In this document: positions 29,888 to 38,950 of the stretch, in pieces
Layout of the letters: each line of letters starts with the position of its first letter
How positions within the stretch are numbered: position 1 is the stretch's first letter
NCBI GenBank assembly: GCA_903859365.1
Contig: CAIOMD010000006.1
Coordinates: forward strand, 22,152-86,151
DNA from: an uncultured Candidatus Saccharibacteria bacterium
Lineage (GTDB): Bacteria; Patescibacteriota; Saccharimonadia; Saccharimonadales; CAIOMD01
DNA: 64,000 bases
Direction of reading: 5' to 3'
Position numbers and translations under genes: made by a program
The notes under the pieces: generated by a model
Databases searched by the model: none
What the model saw: only the letters and a program-made list of their open reading frames with translations
Told to the model about the DNA's origin: nothing

Positions 29888-31161
29888 GACGACTCTCCGA
29901 GATCACGGTTGCCGATTAAGTAAGTACGAATGGCAAGCATCGCGGTGTACGTGGCGTAAATTTTTAGTCGAGGTTGCTTCGAATTTGCGAGATAATGATC
30001 AAGCGCAGATGTTATGTTACGAATTACATGTAGTGCAGGCACTTCTTCATACCTAAGGCGAAGCGCCATATCATAAGCGCGCGTTCCGCTCACCATATCC
30101 ACGCCATGGCTTTTAAGTGCAGAAAAATCAACATCCCAGAGCCATGAAACATCACGTCCATCCGCATAATCATCATTAATAGCAATAAAGACATCTTCCT
30201 TTTCGTCATGAGCATATAATGCCTGGCGAAATCCGGCGGGGTTTTTTACAAGAATAATTTGAATATGTTTTCCATTATGATGAATAATCTCACCTCTTCC
30301 AAAGGCTGGCTTTACTTTTGCAAGAGCCTCAATAATCTCATCGTTGTCAGCACTTGGGATTACAAGTTTAATAAGGGCAAACGCACCCGCTATATTCTGG
30401 TAATTATAACCACCTTGAATTTGAAAAGGCTCAACATACGCTTTTTTATCTACTAAAAAAGTAGGAGTGTTATGCGAATAAGCTTTCAATTTTACGAGTA
30501 GCTCATTACTTTGTTTGATTGGTTTCTTGTCTAATTTTGCCAACAGTTCATCATCCGTAGGAAACTGTGCTCGTAAACTCACGTCAACGCCATAATAAAA
30601 TACGGGAGCATTGCTAGTTTTAGCGGCCGCAACCAGGTGGGGATCGTCGCCGTTAATAACGACGGATTTCGTAGCACTGGCAATTACTTGTTGAATCAAC
30701 CGAGCGGTTGCATCTACTTCGCCAAAACGATCTAGTTGATCACGCATAACGTTAAGCGCAAGCACATAGCGAGGTTTTACTCTTTTTATGAATTGCACTG
30801 CGTAGGCTTCGTCAAGTTCCAGCACAGCGATGTCGTGTTCTAGTTTTCCGACAATAGATACATTATTTATAACAGTGGATACAATTCCTCTAGTAAAATT
30901 GCTCCCTGAAGGATTTGTTAACACTTTTTTGCCTAAAAGCTCAAGTGCTCCCGTAATCACTTTTGTCGTTGTTGTTTTGCCATTCGTTCCCGTTACGATC
31001 ACGACTCCATCGGGTAGTTGTTTCAGCATATCTTCTAAAAATCGTGGATACATTCTTTCAACAACAAGCCCCGGAAGTGCTGATCCACTCCCGCCGCGCA
31101 GTCGCGATGTCTGACGTATCATTTTACCGATAATAATAGGCGTGGTATGTTTGGTGTTCAT
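29884..31161 (-). CDS. murT: lipid II isoglutaminyl synthase, Mur-ligase subunit MurT
   Basis: Mur ligase P-loop 'GTNGKTTT'. 425 aa, with a C-terminal DUF1727-like region. Confidence 0.8.
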   Translation of the reverse strand: MNTKHTTPIIIGKMIRQTSRLRGGSGSALPGLVVERMYPRFLEDMLKQLPDGVVIVTGTNGKTTTTKVITGALELLGKKVLTNPSGSNFTRGIVSTVINNVSIVGKLEHDIAVLELDEAYAVQFIKRVKPRYVLALNVMRDQLDRFGEVDATARLIQQVIASATKSVVINGDDPHLVAAAKTSNAPVFYYGVDVSLRAQFPTDDELLAKLDKKPIKQSNELLVKLKAYSHNTPTFLVDKKAYVEPFQIQGGYNYQNIAGAFALIKLVIPSADNDEIIEALAKVKPAFGRGEIIHHNGKHIQIILVKNPAGFRQALYAHDEKEDVFIAINDDYADGRDVSWLWDVDFSALKSHGVDMVSGTRAYDMALRLRYEEVPALHVIRNITSALDHYLANSKQPRLKIYATYTAMLAIRTYLIGNRDLGESS

Positions 31162-31167
31162 GGATTT

Positions 31168-32025
31168 TTATTTAGTTAGCAAGTAGAGTGATGCGCTCGC
31201 TCCTGCTAAAAGGCAATAAAGGGCAAAAGGACGGAGTGTATTCGATCTAAAGAAACGCATTAGAAAAGACACAGAAACATACGCCGCTGCAGCCGCACAG
31301 GCGGCGCCTACTAGCATTGGAAGCCGCAAGCTGGCATAGGAAGAAGAAAAAATTTCTGGAAGCTTTAAAAGGGCTGCAGCGCCAATCACCGGTGTCGCCA
31401 AGAGAAAACTAAAACGAGCAGCATCCTCATTATTCAGTCCCGCAAGAAGTCCACCTGCCATAGATGAACCAGAGCGAGATATTCCTGGAAGCAGTGCGAG
31501 TGATTGCGCTGCACCAATGTAGATAGCTTGCGTAGGACTAAGATGCGCAAGATGATCGTCACTTTGTATTTCTTTTTTTCGAGCTGCACGTTTTCGCAAC
31601 TGCTCAGCGCCTAGAAGAATAAAACCATTAATAACTAAAAATCCAGCCGCAATCTGAGCTGACGCAAACAGCTTTCTAATCGAGTCTTGAAAAAGTAGAC
31701 CAATAATACCAGCAGGCACAGTACCAATAACTAGCAACCAGCCGATACGTGCGTAGGTATCTTCTTTTTTTACTTCTCGTTGTTTCAATGTCCTAATAAT
31801 CCCAGATAGTATTTTCTTCCAATCATTAAAAAAGAAAATAAAGAGGACTGTTGCGGTCGCCAAATGAGTGGCGATTAAAAACGTAAGAAAATAGCTGTCA
31901 TTTTGGTGGATGTTCCAACCTAGAATACTTGGAAGCACTACGCTATGACCAAGACTTGAAATAGGGAATAATTCAGTGAGCCCCTGAATGAGCCCGAGGA
32001 TAATAGCTTGTAGGATTGATATCAC
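31168..32025 (-). CDS. uppP: undecaprenyl-diphosphatase
   Basis: BacA/UppP N-terminus 'LGLIQGLTELFPISSLGH'. 285 aa. Confidence 0.9.
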   Translation of the reverse strand: MISILQAIILGLIQGLTELFPISSLGHSVVLPSILGWNIHQNDSYFLTFLIATHLATATVLFIFFFNDWKKILSGIIRTLKQREVKKEDTYARIGWLLVIGTVPAGIIGLLFQDSIRKLFASAQIAAGFLVINGFILLGAEQLRKRAARKKEIQSDDHLAHLSPTQAIYIGAAQSLALLPGISRSGSSMAGGLLAGLNNEDAARFSFLLATPVIGAAALLKLPEIFSSSYASLRLPMLVGAACAAAAAYVSVSFLMRFFRSNTLRPFALYCLLAGASASLYLLTK

Positions 32026-32067
32026 CTTGAAATCATAGCAAAAAAACGACCAAAAAACATGTGAAAC

Positions 32068-32586
32068 TTATGCTTTATACGCTATAAGTATTTCGTTTTT
32101 CCTCAAAAATCCTGGTTTCCAAGGAGGATCGTAGCGTGCAATAATTGGCGAACCAATCTGTTTTAAGTTTTTTTCGTCCATCCATTTCTGAAGTTCATCA
32201 GTTTTTTTCGTAATTTTATCCTCAGATGTATACCCAGAAAAAGTGAGGCTGGCTACGTTCATTTCGTTTATTTCATCAAATGTTACCGCCTTCTGATTAG
32301 GAGTTGGTAAATTCTTAATTGAATATTTCGAAGGAATAACGAAGCTAACTCGAAAATTTCCATTTTTAGTTTGCTCCGACATAACAGGTGCAGTCATAGC
32401 TATTTTTTGTGACGCTTGATTACCGCCAAAAATATATCCAGCTAAATAGGAGAAACCACTGCTGCCAGCTGCAGCGTGGCTATCTGCAGAAACTTCAACA
32501 TTACTCGTTATAAAAGCTGCATATTTTCTAAGCTCGAATTTACCAGCCTTGTTAAGAACGGTATACTGCGGAGTTTCAATTGCCAT
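32068..32586 (-). CDS. SOUL heme-binding family protein
   Basis: SOUL/HBP family similarity starting 'ETPQYTVL...YAAF'. 172 aa. Confidence 0.7.
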   Translation of the reverse strand: MAIETPQYTVLNKAGKFELRKYAAFITSNVEVSADSHAAAGSSGFSYLAGYIFGGNQASQKIAMTAPVMSEQTKNGNFRVSFVIPSKYSIKNLPTPNQKAVTFDEINEMNVASLTFSGYTSEDKITKKTDELQKWMDEKNLKQIGSPIIARYDPPWKPGFLRKNEILIAYKA

Positions 32587-32836
32587 TATCGGTCGTGATT
32601 TCTGCGGTTACTTCTTTTTGTGCTCGTTGAGCTAATAGGTGTTCACGAATCAATGTTTGCTTTTCAGCTAACTGCCTTAAGAGTCCGGAAATTGCAATTT
32701 CATGTTCGCGAATGTGCTGAATAATTTCTTGCTCGTCCTTAATGATTTGCTCAAAAGACTGGGTTTGGTCTTCGTCACTTCTTTGACGTGCCAAGAAGTC
32801 ATATGAGTAGGGAAGCGGCCCTTTGTTGTTGGACAT
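32576..32836 (-). CDS. hypothetical small coiled-coil protein
   Basis: 86 aa, rich in charged residues. Overlaps the SOUL gene start by 11 nt. Confidence 0.4.
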   Translation of the reverse strand: MSNNKGPLPYSYDFLARQRSDEDQTQSFEQIIKDEQEIIQHIREHEIAISGLLRQLAEKQTLIREHLLAQRAQKEVTAEITTDNGN

Positions 32837-32954
32837 ATAAATACTCTCTTTCTATGTGTGGAGTATAGCGCTAATTCAATTTTGTTTAAACAATGAGATT
32901 TGAATTATCAGCTACCGACCAGTATGATTAAAACATAAAAAGAAAGGTTAGATA

Positions 32955-33869
32955 GTGAATTCTCCTATTAATCCAGAGGCAGACAAGAGACTCGTGCACG
33001 AGCTTGCTGCAACCGCGGAAGACCTTATTAATCAGCATCTTGTTGTAGAACGAACATGGGATCCACAAGATTTGGTGCCCTGGGAAAATGCTATAACCTA
33101 CAATCCATCCCATGAATGGAGTCGTGAAATCTATCCACTTAATCAGGGCGTAAGAAGTGCAATTTATATTGGAGAGCTCACGGAAGAAAATTTACCGTAT
33201 TATACCAACGTATTATTGCAGCATGCACCAAAAGGTCATCCGCTTGAAGAATGGAGTAGAATTTGGACTGCTGAAGAATGGCGACATTCAGATGTAATTC
33301 GAAATTGGAATCGAATGACCGGCGCCTTTAATCCTCAAGAGATGGAAGTTGGCCGAGTCATTCAAATGAAGAGCGGCGATGTTCCTCAACCTGAATCAAC
33401 AGCTGAACTTATTTGTTACACCTCATTACAAGAACTTGCGACAGGAGTAGCACATAGAAACACTTCCAAACATTTGGATAGAGAACTTGGTGGGAAAAAA
33501 GTATTTGGAACTGTTGCTGGTGACGAAATGCTTCATCATCGCTTCTATCTCGAACTTGCCAGAGCTGCATTTCAAATTGATCCAGATACTATGATGCTCG
33601 CTTTTAGAAATACCTATATGAAATTTGATATGCCTGGTCTTTCTATCCCAAATTTTGCTGAGCACGCCCAAGCCATCGCTGATGCAGACATCTATAGTGA
33701 AAAACATTTTCAAAATGAAGTCGTCATGCCAGTCATTCGATCACTGGGCCTCTTTGCCATAGAAGGCCTTTCTGATGAAGCAAGACAAGCACAGGAAAGA
33801 ATTATGGGCCGCACAGGACGGTTTGAAAGACGACTCCAAAAAGAGACAGAAAAAAAGTTAAACGCTTAA
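32955..33869 (+). CDS. soluble acyl-ACP desaturase (di-iron, DesA/stearoyl-ACP desaturase family)
   Basis: Iron-ligand motifs 'LTEENLPYYTN', 'EEWRHS' and 'DEMLHHRFY' match the class II di-iron desaturase signature. Confidence 0.75.
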   Translation: MNSPINPEADKRLVHELAATAEDLINQHLVVERTWDPQDLVPWENAITYNPSHEWSREIYPLNQGVRSAIYIGELTEENLPYYTNVLLQHAPKGHPLEEWSRIWTAEEWRHSDVIRNWNRMTGAFNPQEMEVGRVIQMKSGDVPQPESTAELICYTSLQELATGVAHRNTSKHLDRELGGKKVFGTVAGDEMLHHRFYLELARAAFQIDPDTMMLAFRNTYMKFDMPGLSIPNFAEHAQAIADADIYSEKHFQNEVVMPVIRSLGLFAIEGLSDEARQAQERIMGRTGRFERRLQKETEKKLNA

Positions 33870-34567
33870 GCTTTGCGAAGACCACGTTTGGTAATAGTGA
33901 GTGGCACGATGCCAAAAACGAGAATGAAAGCATAAATAACGGCAAAACCACACATGATACTTGGTAATCCTTCTATCGTCTTGGGGTTTATGGTATTTAC
34001 AATCCCAGTCGGGAGTAAGAAGCTTAAATAACCGACAATTTGAAGAATGAGTGCTTGTCGAATTTTTTTATTTGCTTTCATTATGTAATACAAACAAAGT
34101 CCGATACCAACTAACAGCCAGAAGTAGTAGTACATAAAATAGAAGCCACCAACTTTATCAGCGATTTGGAAAATAGCATAATTACCACCGCAAGCATGCG
34201 CTGAAATATCTGATGAGCTAAGACCGAATAATACTGCAAAAATTGCACTGACTGTGTAGGATATTGCCTTCAGAAGCGTGTTTTTCTTTTTTGCAATTAG
34301 TGAAATTAAATGGATAGCGAGTGCGGGGAGCAGCGTAATAGATACGAACCCAATGTGAGACCACATCTGTGCATTATGTCCGCCACACACATTAAATTCA
34401 GCCCACTGAAATAGGGCAAGGAATAAAAGCATCATTGATACGACTCGAGTTATCTGAGTCATTTTATAGCGTAGTAGGGTATAAGCAAAAAGGGTTACTT
34501 CTGATAGCATAGTAACAACCATGATGGGGGGAGAAAAACAATAAAAAGTAGATGATGTTCGTTTCAT
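33866..34567 (-). CDS. hypothetical integral membrane protein
   Basis: 233 aa with six to seven TM segments. Confidence 0.5.
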   Translation of the reverse strand: MKRTSSTFYCFSPPIMVVTMLSEVTLFAYTLLRYKMTQITRVVSMMLLFLALFQWAEFNVCGGHNAQMWSHIGFVSITLLPALAIHLISLIAKKKNTLLKAISYTVSAIFAVLFGLSSSDISAHACGGNYAIFQIADKVGGFYFMYYYFWLLVGIGLCLYYIMKANKKIRQALILQIVGYLSFLLPTGIVNTINPKTIEGLPSIMCGFAVIYAFILVFGIVPLTITKRGLRKA

Positions 34568-34601
34568 TTACTAACATTCTAACAGAATAATGATTAAAAG
34601 C

Positions 34602-35234
34602 TTATGCGGAAAGCACAATAGGGTTTAGAACTATTTTATTAACTGCATGTTCACCCAAACGAGATATAACTTCAAGTCGCTCTAATGCTCTTTCGTCACT
34701 ATAATGAGCTGCAAAATCACTATGGATAATACCAATACTTAAATGAGGACGATAAAACCCCTCGCCATTTGGATCCCTTCTTAATTTGAAGCCTCGTTCA
34801 TAATAAATTCTTGCTATTTCTTCTTCTTCAGCCTCAAGTTCGTCACTAATAATTCCAAAACTTAATTTCGCTTTCTTTTCAGATCCAAACATTCCAAGTC
34901 TCCCAAGAGATACAGCCAATGGTTGGCTAGTAGAGGGCACTTTATCTAGCACAGATTCAGTTGATGGGCCTTCTAGTTTGTGATGATGATCAAAGCGAGA
35001 AAAACCAACGACGGTAACACCCATTGTTTCGGGAATAAAAAGTCTACCTACATTATTATCAAGTTCCGGGGTTAGCTGATCAGTTATGTTTTTGAGTGCT
35101 TCTAAACTTTCATCAGCAATACTTCTTCGAGCAGCAAATACTCCACGCATTTCGGCCACTTGCATCACATTGCGCTTTGGGCGCTGAGGTACAGCATTTT
35201 TTCGTCGTGCCATCATAATATTTTTATTGTGCAA
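34602..35234 (-). CDS. hypothetical protein
   Basis: 210 aa with one H-x-S-x motif ('HLSI'). A weak 2H-phosphoesterase resemblance only. Confidence 0.4.
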   Translation of the reverse strand: MHNKNIMMARRKNAVPQRPKRNVMQVAEMRGVFAARRSIADESLEALKNITDQLTPELDNNVGRLFIPETMGVTVVGFSRFDHHHKLEGPSTESVLDKVPSTSQPLAVSLGRLGMFGSEKKAKLSFGIISDELEAEEEEIARIYYERGFKLRRDPNGEGFYRPHLSIGIIHSDFAAHYSDERALERLEVISRLGEHAVNKIVLNPIVLSA

Positions 35235-35247
35235 CTAAATATCAAAT

Positions 35248-35814
35248 ATGTCAATCATAAGCAATGTATATAATATTGACAGTTATGTGTCAAAAGCGTA
35301 TTTTGTAACAATGACTAAACCAAATATGTACCTAGTAGGTGGAGAAAAAGATAGAACTGAGGAAGAGTACAGTGAACAGATACTTCGTAATCTTCTGCGT
35401 CTAATTGAAACATCTGATGATGTATCGGAAAAATATAATCAACATCTTGAACCATTTGGTGTTGAGGCAAATTCATCGGACAGTACTATAAAGATATTTA
35501 TTTATAACCACAAAGAAGATCCTTTGGCGGATATAACTTTCTATTCGAAGCTTGTTGACACTGATTTTATGAGCAAAGCAGGAAAAGATTGCATAAATTA
35601 TGTAAAAAATGACCACATGCTCATTGGGCCATTATCGGAAACGTTTATGCTCAATCGAGATGGGACGATAAGTCGCGCGATTTATCAGGAAATAACTGAT
35701 ACAGAACATACAATGATTCCAGAACTAAGCGTGCTTATTGATAGAGATGAAGTGATTGAAGATCACGAGCGAGATGCGCTCATTTCACTACTTGAAAAAA
35801 TAGGTTCTCTTTAG
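35248..35814 (+). CDS. hypothetical protein
   Basis: 188-aa acidic ORF, unrecognised. Confidence 0.4.
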   Translation: MSIISNVYNIDSYVSKAYFVTMTKPNMYLVGGEKDRTEEEYSEQILRNLLRLIETSDDVSEKYNQHLEPFGVEANSSDSTIKIFIYNHKEDPLADITFYSKLVDTDFMSKAGKDCINYVKNDHMLIGPLSETFMLNRDGTISRAIYQEITDTEHTMIPELSVLIDRDEVIEDHERDALISLLEKIGSL

Positions 35815-36128
35815 GCTATATCGTCGCTGTGCGAATCTACAGCTTGAACTTCAACCACTTGCTCAATTGCTTTCTTCGCGGCGTTACGGCTGGCACGGAG
35901 TAACTCCCGTTTATTCCTCATCGTACCGCCCCAAACACCATATTCAATTTTGTTTAGCGTCGCATATTCATCACACTGCTTTTGGTAAGGGCACGTGTTG
36001 CAAATTGCAATCGCCTGAGTTATTTCATTTCTTTTATCTGAAAAAAATAGGTCTAACATGCCTTTACAGGGTGCATCATCTGACCATTCGATAAAATTCT
36101 GTTCTAGAGTTGGATTATACTTTTTCAT
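35811..36128 (-). CDS. whiB: WhiB-like (Wbl) [4Fe-4S] transcription factor
   Basis: Cys pattern C-x21-C-x2-C-x5-C ('APC...AICNTCPYQKQC'), the 'GVWGG' turn, and a basic C-terminal tail 'RNKRELLRASRNAAKK'. Confidence 0.8.
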   Translation of the reverse strand: MKKYNPTLEQNFIEWSDDAPCKGMLDLFFSDKRNEITQAIAICNTCPYQKQCDEYATLNKIEYGVWGGTMRNKRELLRASRNAAKKAIEQVVEVQAVDSHSDDIA

Positions 36129-36156
36129 ATTCAGAAAAATATTATAACAGGATATA

Positions 36157-36612
36157 TTGTTTTTTTCAAATAAATATTGTATAATTCAAGGCACTATGGA
36201 AAAACAAGAAATTCTTGAATTTACCTTTGCTAAAGATTCGTCAATTGAGCTTTCAACAGCTCAGGATAAAGCCGTATTTGTAATGCAGGCAATTAAAGAT
36301 GAGCTACTTTTGCGACGTCAAGCTTCAGCCCAGGCATTGGCAGAATTAGATTCAATCCTGCAAGAACACGAAATATCTATCCCCAAGGAAACTAGTGAAT
36401 CATTGCAATTATCTGTTCGTGAGATAGGTATCGGTTCAATGGGTTCAAATGCACTCTATAGGGCAGGAGTTGAAACTGTTGCTGACTTGATTGAAAAGAC
36501 ACCACGTCAACTACGAAATATTAATCGTTTTGGCAAAGGTTCGTATATGGAAACAGTAGCTGCTCTTGGTCAACTTGGTCTTTCGCTTAAAGAACCAAAA
36601 AGTTCGTTCTAA
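36157..36612 (+). CDS. standalone RNA polymerase alpha-subunit C-terminal-domain-like protein
   Basis: C-terminal 'IGSMGSNALYRAGVETVADLIEKTPRQLRNINRFGKGSYMETVAALGQLGLSL' is an α-CTD helix-hairpin-helix fold. The start is probably the internal 'MEKQEIL'. Confidence 0.6.
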   Translation: MFFSNKYCIIQGTMEKQEILEFTFAKDSSIELSTAQDKAVFVMQAIKDELLLRRQASAQALAELDSILQEHEISIPKETSESLQLSVREIGIGSMGSNALYRAGVETVADLIEKTPRQLRNINRFGKGSYMETVAALGQLGLSLKEPKSSF

Positions 36613-36848
36613 TTACTTGTAACTACTTGTGATCCAACCGACACTTCTTTTGGTGTAGGCCACGTTATGGTGAATGTCGTGCCTTTACCTATGACTGATT
36701 GAACATCAATATCGCCGCCAACCTGATCCATAATAAGCTTGTCTAGGTACAGACTGACTCCAAGACCATCATGATCTATTTGTAGTGCGCTTGAGTTATC
36801 GCTTCGGGAGAATGCACTAAACAGGTGATTCATTTGAACATCAGTCAT
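36609..36848 (-). pseudogene. histidine-kinase C-terminal (HATPase_c G2-box) remnant
   Basis: Only 'GLGVSLYL...GKGTTFTITWP' is present. The H-box, N-box and G1 are missing and the fragment abuts the next gene. Confidence 0.5.
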
Positions 36849-36872
36849 TCCTTGTCCTTGATATGATAAAAC

Positions 36873-37751
36873 TTATGCTTTTTCCTTATTTTTAAAAAAT
36901 TGATGCAGCCCAAAAGATGTACTTACGATTGTTATGATAAAAAGTATATAGATAGAGCGATCAATAAGGTTGGCGAGCACTATGGCACTTGTCGGTATTT
37001 GGTGTATTTTTTCGGAAAGTACTAAGAACGTTTCTCGTATTCCAATTCCTGCAGGAGTCAATCCAACAAAAAGGGAAATATTTGCAATTCCTGTATAGGC
37101 GATGACCTGATGAAATACCACTAAGTGGTCAACCGCTTTGAGCTCAATAAAGTAAATAATGGTTTGTAAACTAAATTGAGCAGCGGTAAGCAAAAAAAGG
37201 GTTGATGCCATTTTTTTTTGAAGTGCAATCTTTTCAACATCTAGGGATTTCTTTTTTCCATACCATTTCGTCAGGAATAGTAAGGACCCACCAATCAATA
37301 AGACAAAAAGAATCGATTGCCACCATGGGCGCGAACCAATAGCAATAAAAGAAATACTAATAAGTGTGTAGAATAAATAATACAGAAGAGTCACTGAAAG
37401 AAAAGTTTTAAACGCTATCCCGTACTTACGTTTTGCGTAGCCGCTTCTAAATAATGGGCCAGCTTGACCGGGGAGAATAAAATTAAGTCCTATTGAATAC
37501 CCGTTAATATAGAAGTTCTCTGTAAACTTAGTTGTTTTTTTACATAACATGATGGTGACACTAAAAAGTTGTAGAATGATTGAGAACATAACCAAATACA
37601 ACAAAAATACACTAACAAGTACGAAGATTGAAACAGTGCTAAGTTGATGCACAAGTGAAGGATGTTCTGTAAGATAGCGTTTAACTACAAAAAAGGTAAT
37701 TATGATTGCTGTGACAGCTATTAAGAAGCGAACGAGTTTTGTTTGTTTCAT
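36873..37751 (-). CDS. flippase-like membrane protein (lysylphosphatidylglycerol-synthase TM-region/UPF0104-like)
   Basis: 292 aa, polytopic, with a basic N-terminus. Confidence 0.4.
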   Translation of the reverse strand: MKQTKLVRFLIAVTAIIITFFVVKRYLTEHPSLVHQLSTVSIFVLVSVFLLYLVMFSIILQLFSVTIMLCKKTTKFTENFYINGYSIGLNFILPGQAGPLFRSGYAKRKYGIAFKTFLSVTLLYYLFYTLISISFIAIGSRPWWQSILFVLLIGGSLLFLTKWYGKKKSLDVEKIALQKKMASTLFLLTAAQFSLQTIIYFIELKAVDHLVVFHQVIAYTGIANISLFVGLTPAGIGIRETFLVLSEKIHQIPTSAIVLANLIDRSIYILFIITIVSTSFGLHQFFKNKEKA

Positions 37752-37815
37752 AGTTAGAAATAGTATATACGATTAAGCTAACTCTAAGACGAGGGATGAT
37801 ATAATTTATTAATTC

Positions 37816-38943
37816 ATGAGTGATAACAATCTTCAAAAATTATTGAAATTAAAAAGTACAGTAAGTCACTACATTAGAAACCATCTTGGAGTCATGGCTA
37901 TCATTTGTGTGGTTGTCTCGGTTATTTTTAGCATTATATTAAGCCAGGGGGCTATTCATAAGATTACCCTTAATAAAGCTACCTCGTCTCACCACAACCT
38001 AGAACACAATAATCCATTGAAATATAGTGCCAACTGGGATGGATCAGACTACATTCATATTGCTAATAATGGCTATGATACTGGCTTCTTTACTGGTTTC
38101 TTTCCGGTATATCCGCTGACCATTAGAATAGTAAATTATCTCATTCCTTCATCAATTCTTTGTGGACTGCTCATAAGCTGGGCAAGTCTTATTGGTGCTA
38201 TATATTTCTACGCAAAACTAGTAAAAGAATTCTGTAAAGGTCTTACTAAAAAAACGGAGAATAGCGAATATTTTAAAGCAGTCGTTTTCTTTTTGCTGTT
38301 CCCCTCAGGTGTATATTTTCTGTCCGTTTACACTGAAAGCCTCTTTGCGCTTCTCTCATTTGCTGCCATTTACTTTTTAACCAAAAAGAAGTATTTACTC
38401 AGCGCATTGCTAGTGTCAGTCGCCTGTGCAACACATGTTACAGGAGTATTTGTACTATTTTTGATGCTACTTATGTTACTCGAACAAAAAGTTAAAATTA
38501 CCAAAATCGCGCAAGTGGGCGTGGTGGGTTCATTAGGGTTACTTAGTTATATGGGATACCTTTGGAAGTACTTTAATAATCCACTGGAGTTTCTATCTGC
38601 TCAAAAGCAACATCATTGGTTAGAAACAAGTTTATGGAATAATCTTTCACTCATGAGTTTACTTGATGGGGTGCTGATTGTACTCCTTATCACTTCAGCT
38701 GTGTATTGGTGGAGACGGAAAAAAAGCTTTTCTATTTATTCACTTCTTTTTCTTTTAATTCCGCTCCTAGGAGGCCAATTCGGAGGCTTTCCGCGCTACT
38801 GCTTGATTGCATTCCCTATGACATTAATGCTGTACGAATATTTGCAGGCAAAAGAATCTTTACGACTTATCTCCACCCTAGTATTTGGAGCTATCTGGGC
38901 CTATGTTGTTATCTTATTTTCTATTGGATACGTCGTAACGTAA
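37816..38943 (+). CDS. integral membrane GT-C-type glycosyltransferase-like protein (PimE/DUF2029-like)
   Basis: More than eight TM segments. The first extracytoplasmic loop carries 'NWDGSDYIHIANNGYD'. Confidence 0.4.
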   Translation: MSDNNLQKLLKLKSTVSHYIRNHLGVMAIICVVVSVIFSIILSQGAIHKITLNKATSSHHNLEHNNPLKYSANWDGSDYIHIANNGYDTGFFTGFFPVYPLTIRIVNYLIPSSILCGLLISWASLIGAIYFYAKLVKEFCKGLTKKTENSEYFKAVVFFLLFPSGVYFLSVYTESLFALLSFAAIYFLTKKKYLLSALLVSVACATHVTGVFVLFLMLLMLLEQKVKITKIAQVGVVGSLGLLSYMGYLWKYFNNPLEFLSAQKQHHWLETSLWNNLSLMSLLDGVLIVLLITSAVYWWRRKKSFSIYSLLFLLIPLLGGQFGGFPRYCLIAFPMTLMLYEYLQAKESLRLISTLVFGAIWAYVVILFSIGYVVT

Positions 38944-38950
38944 GCACTAA

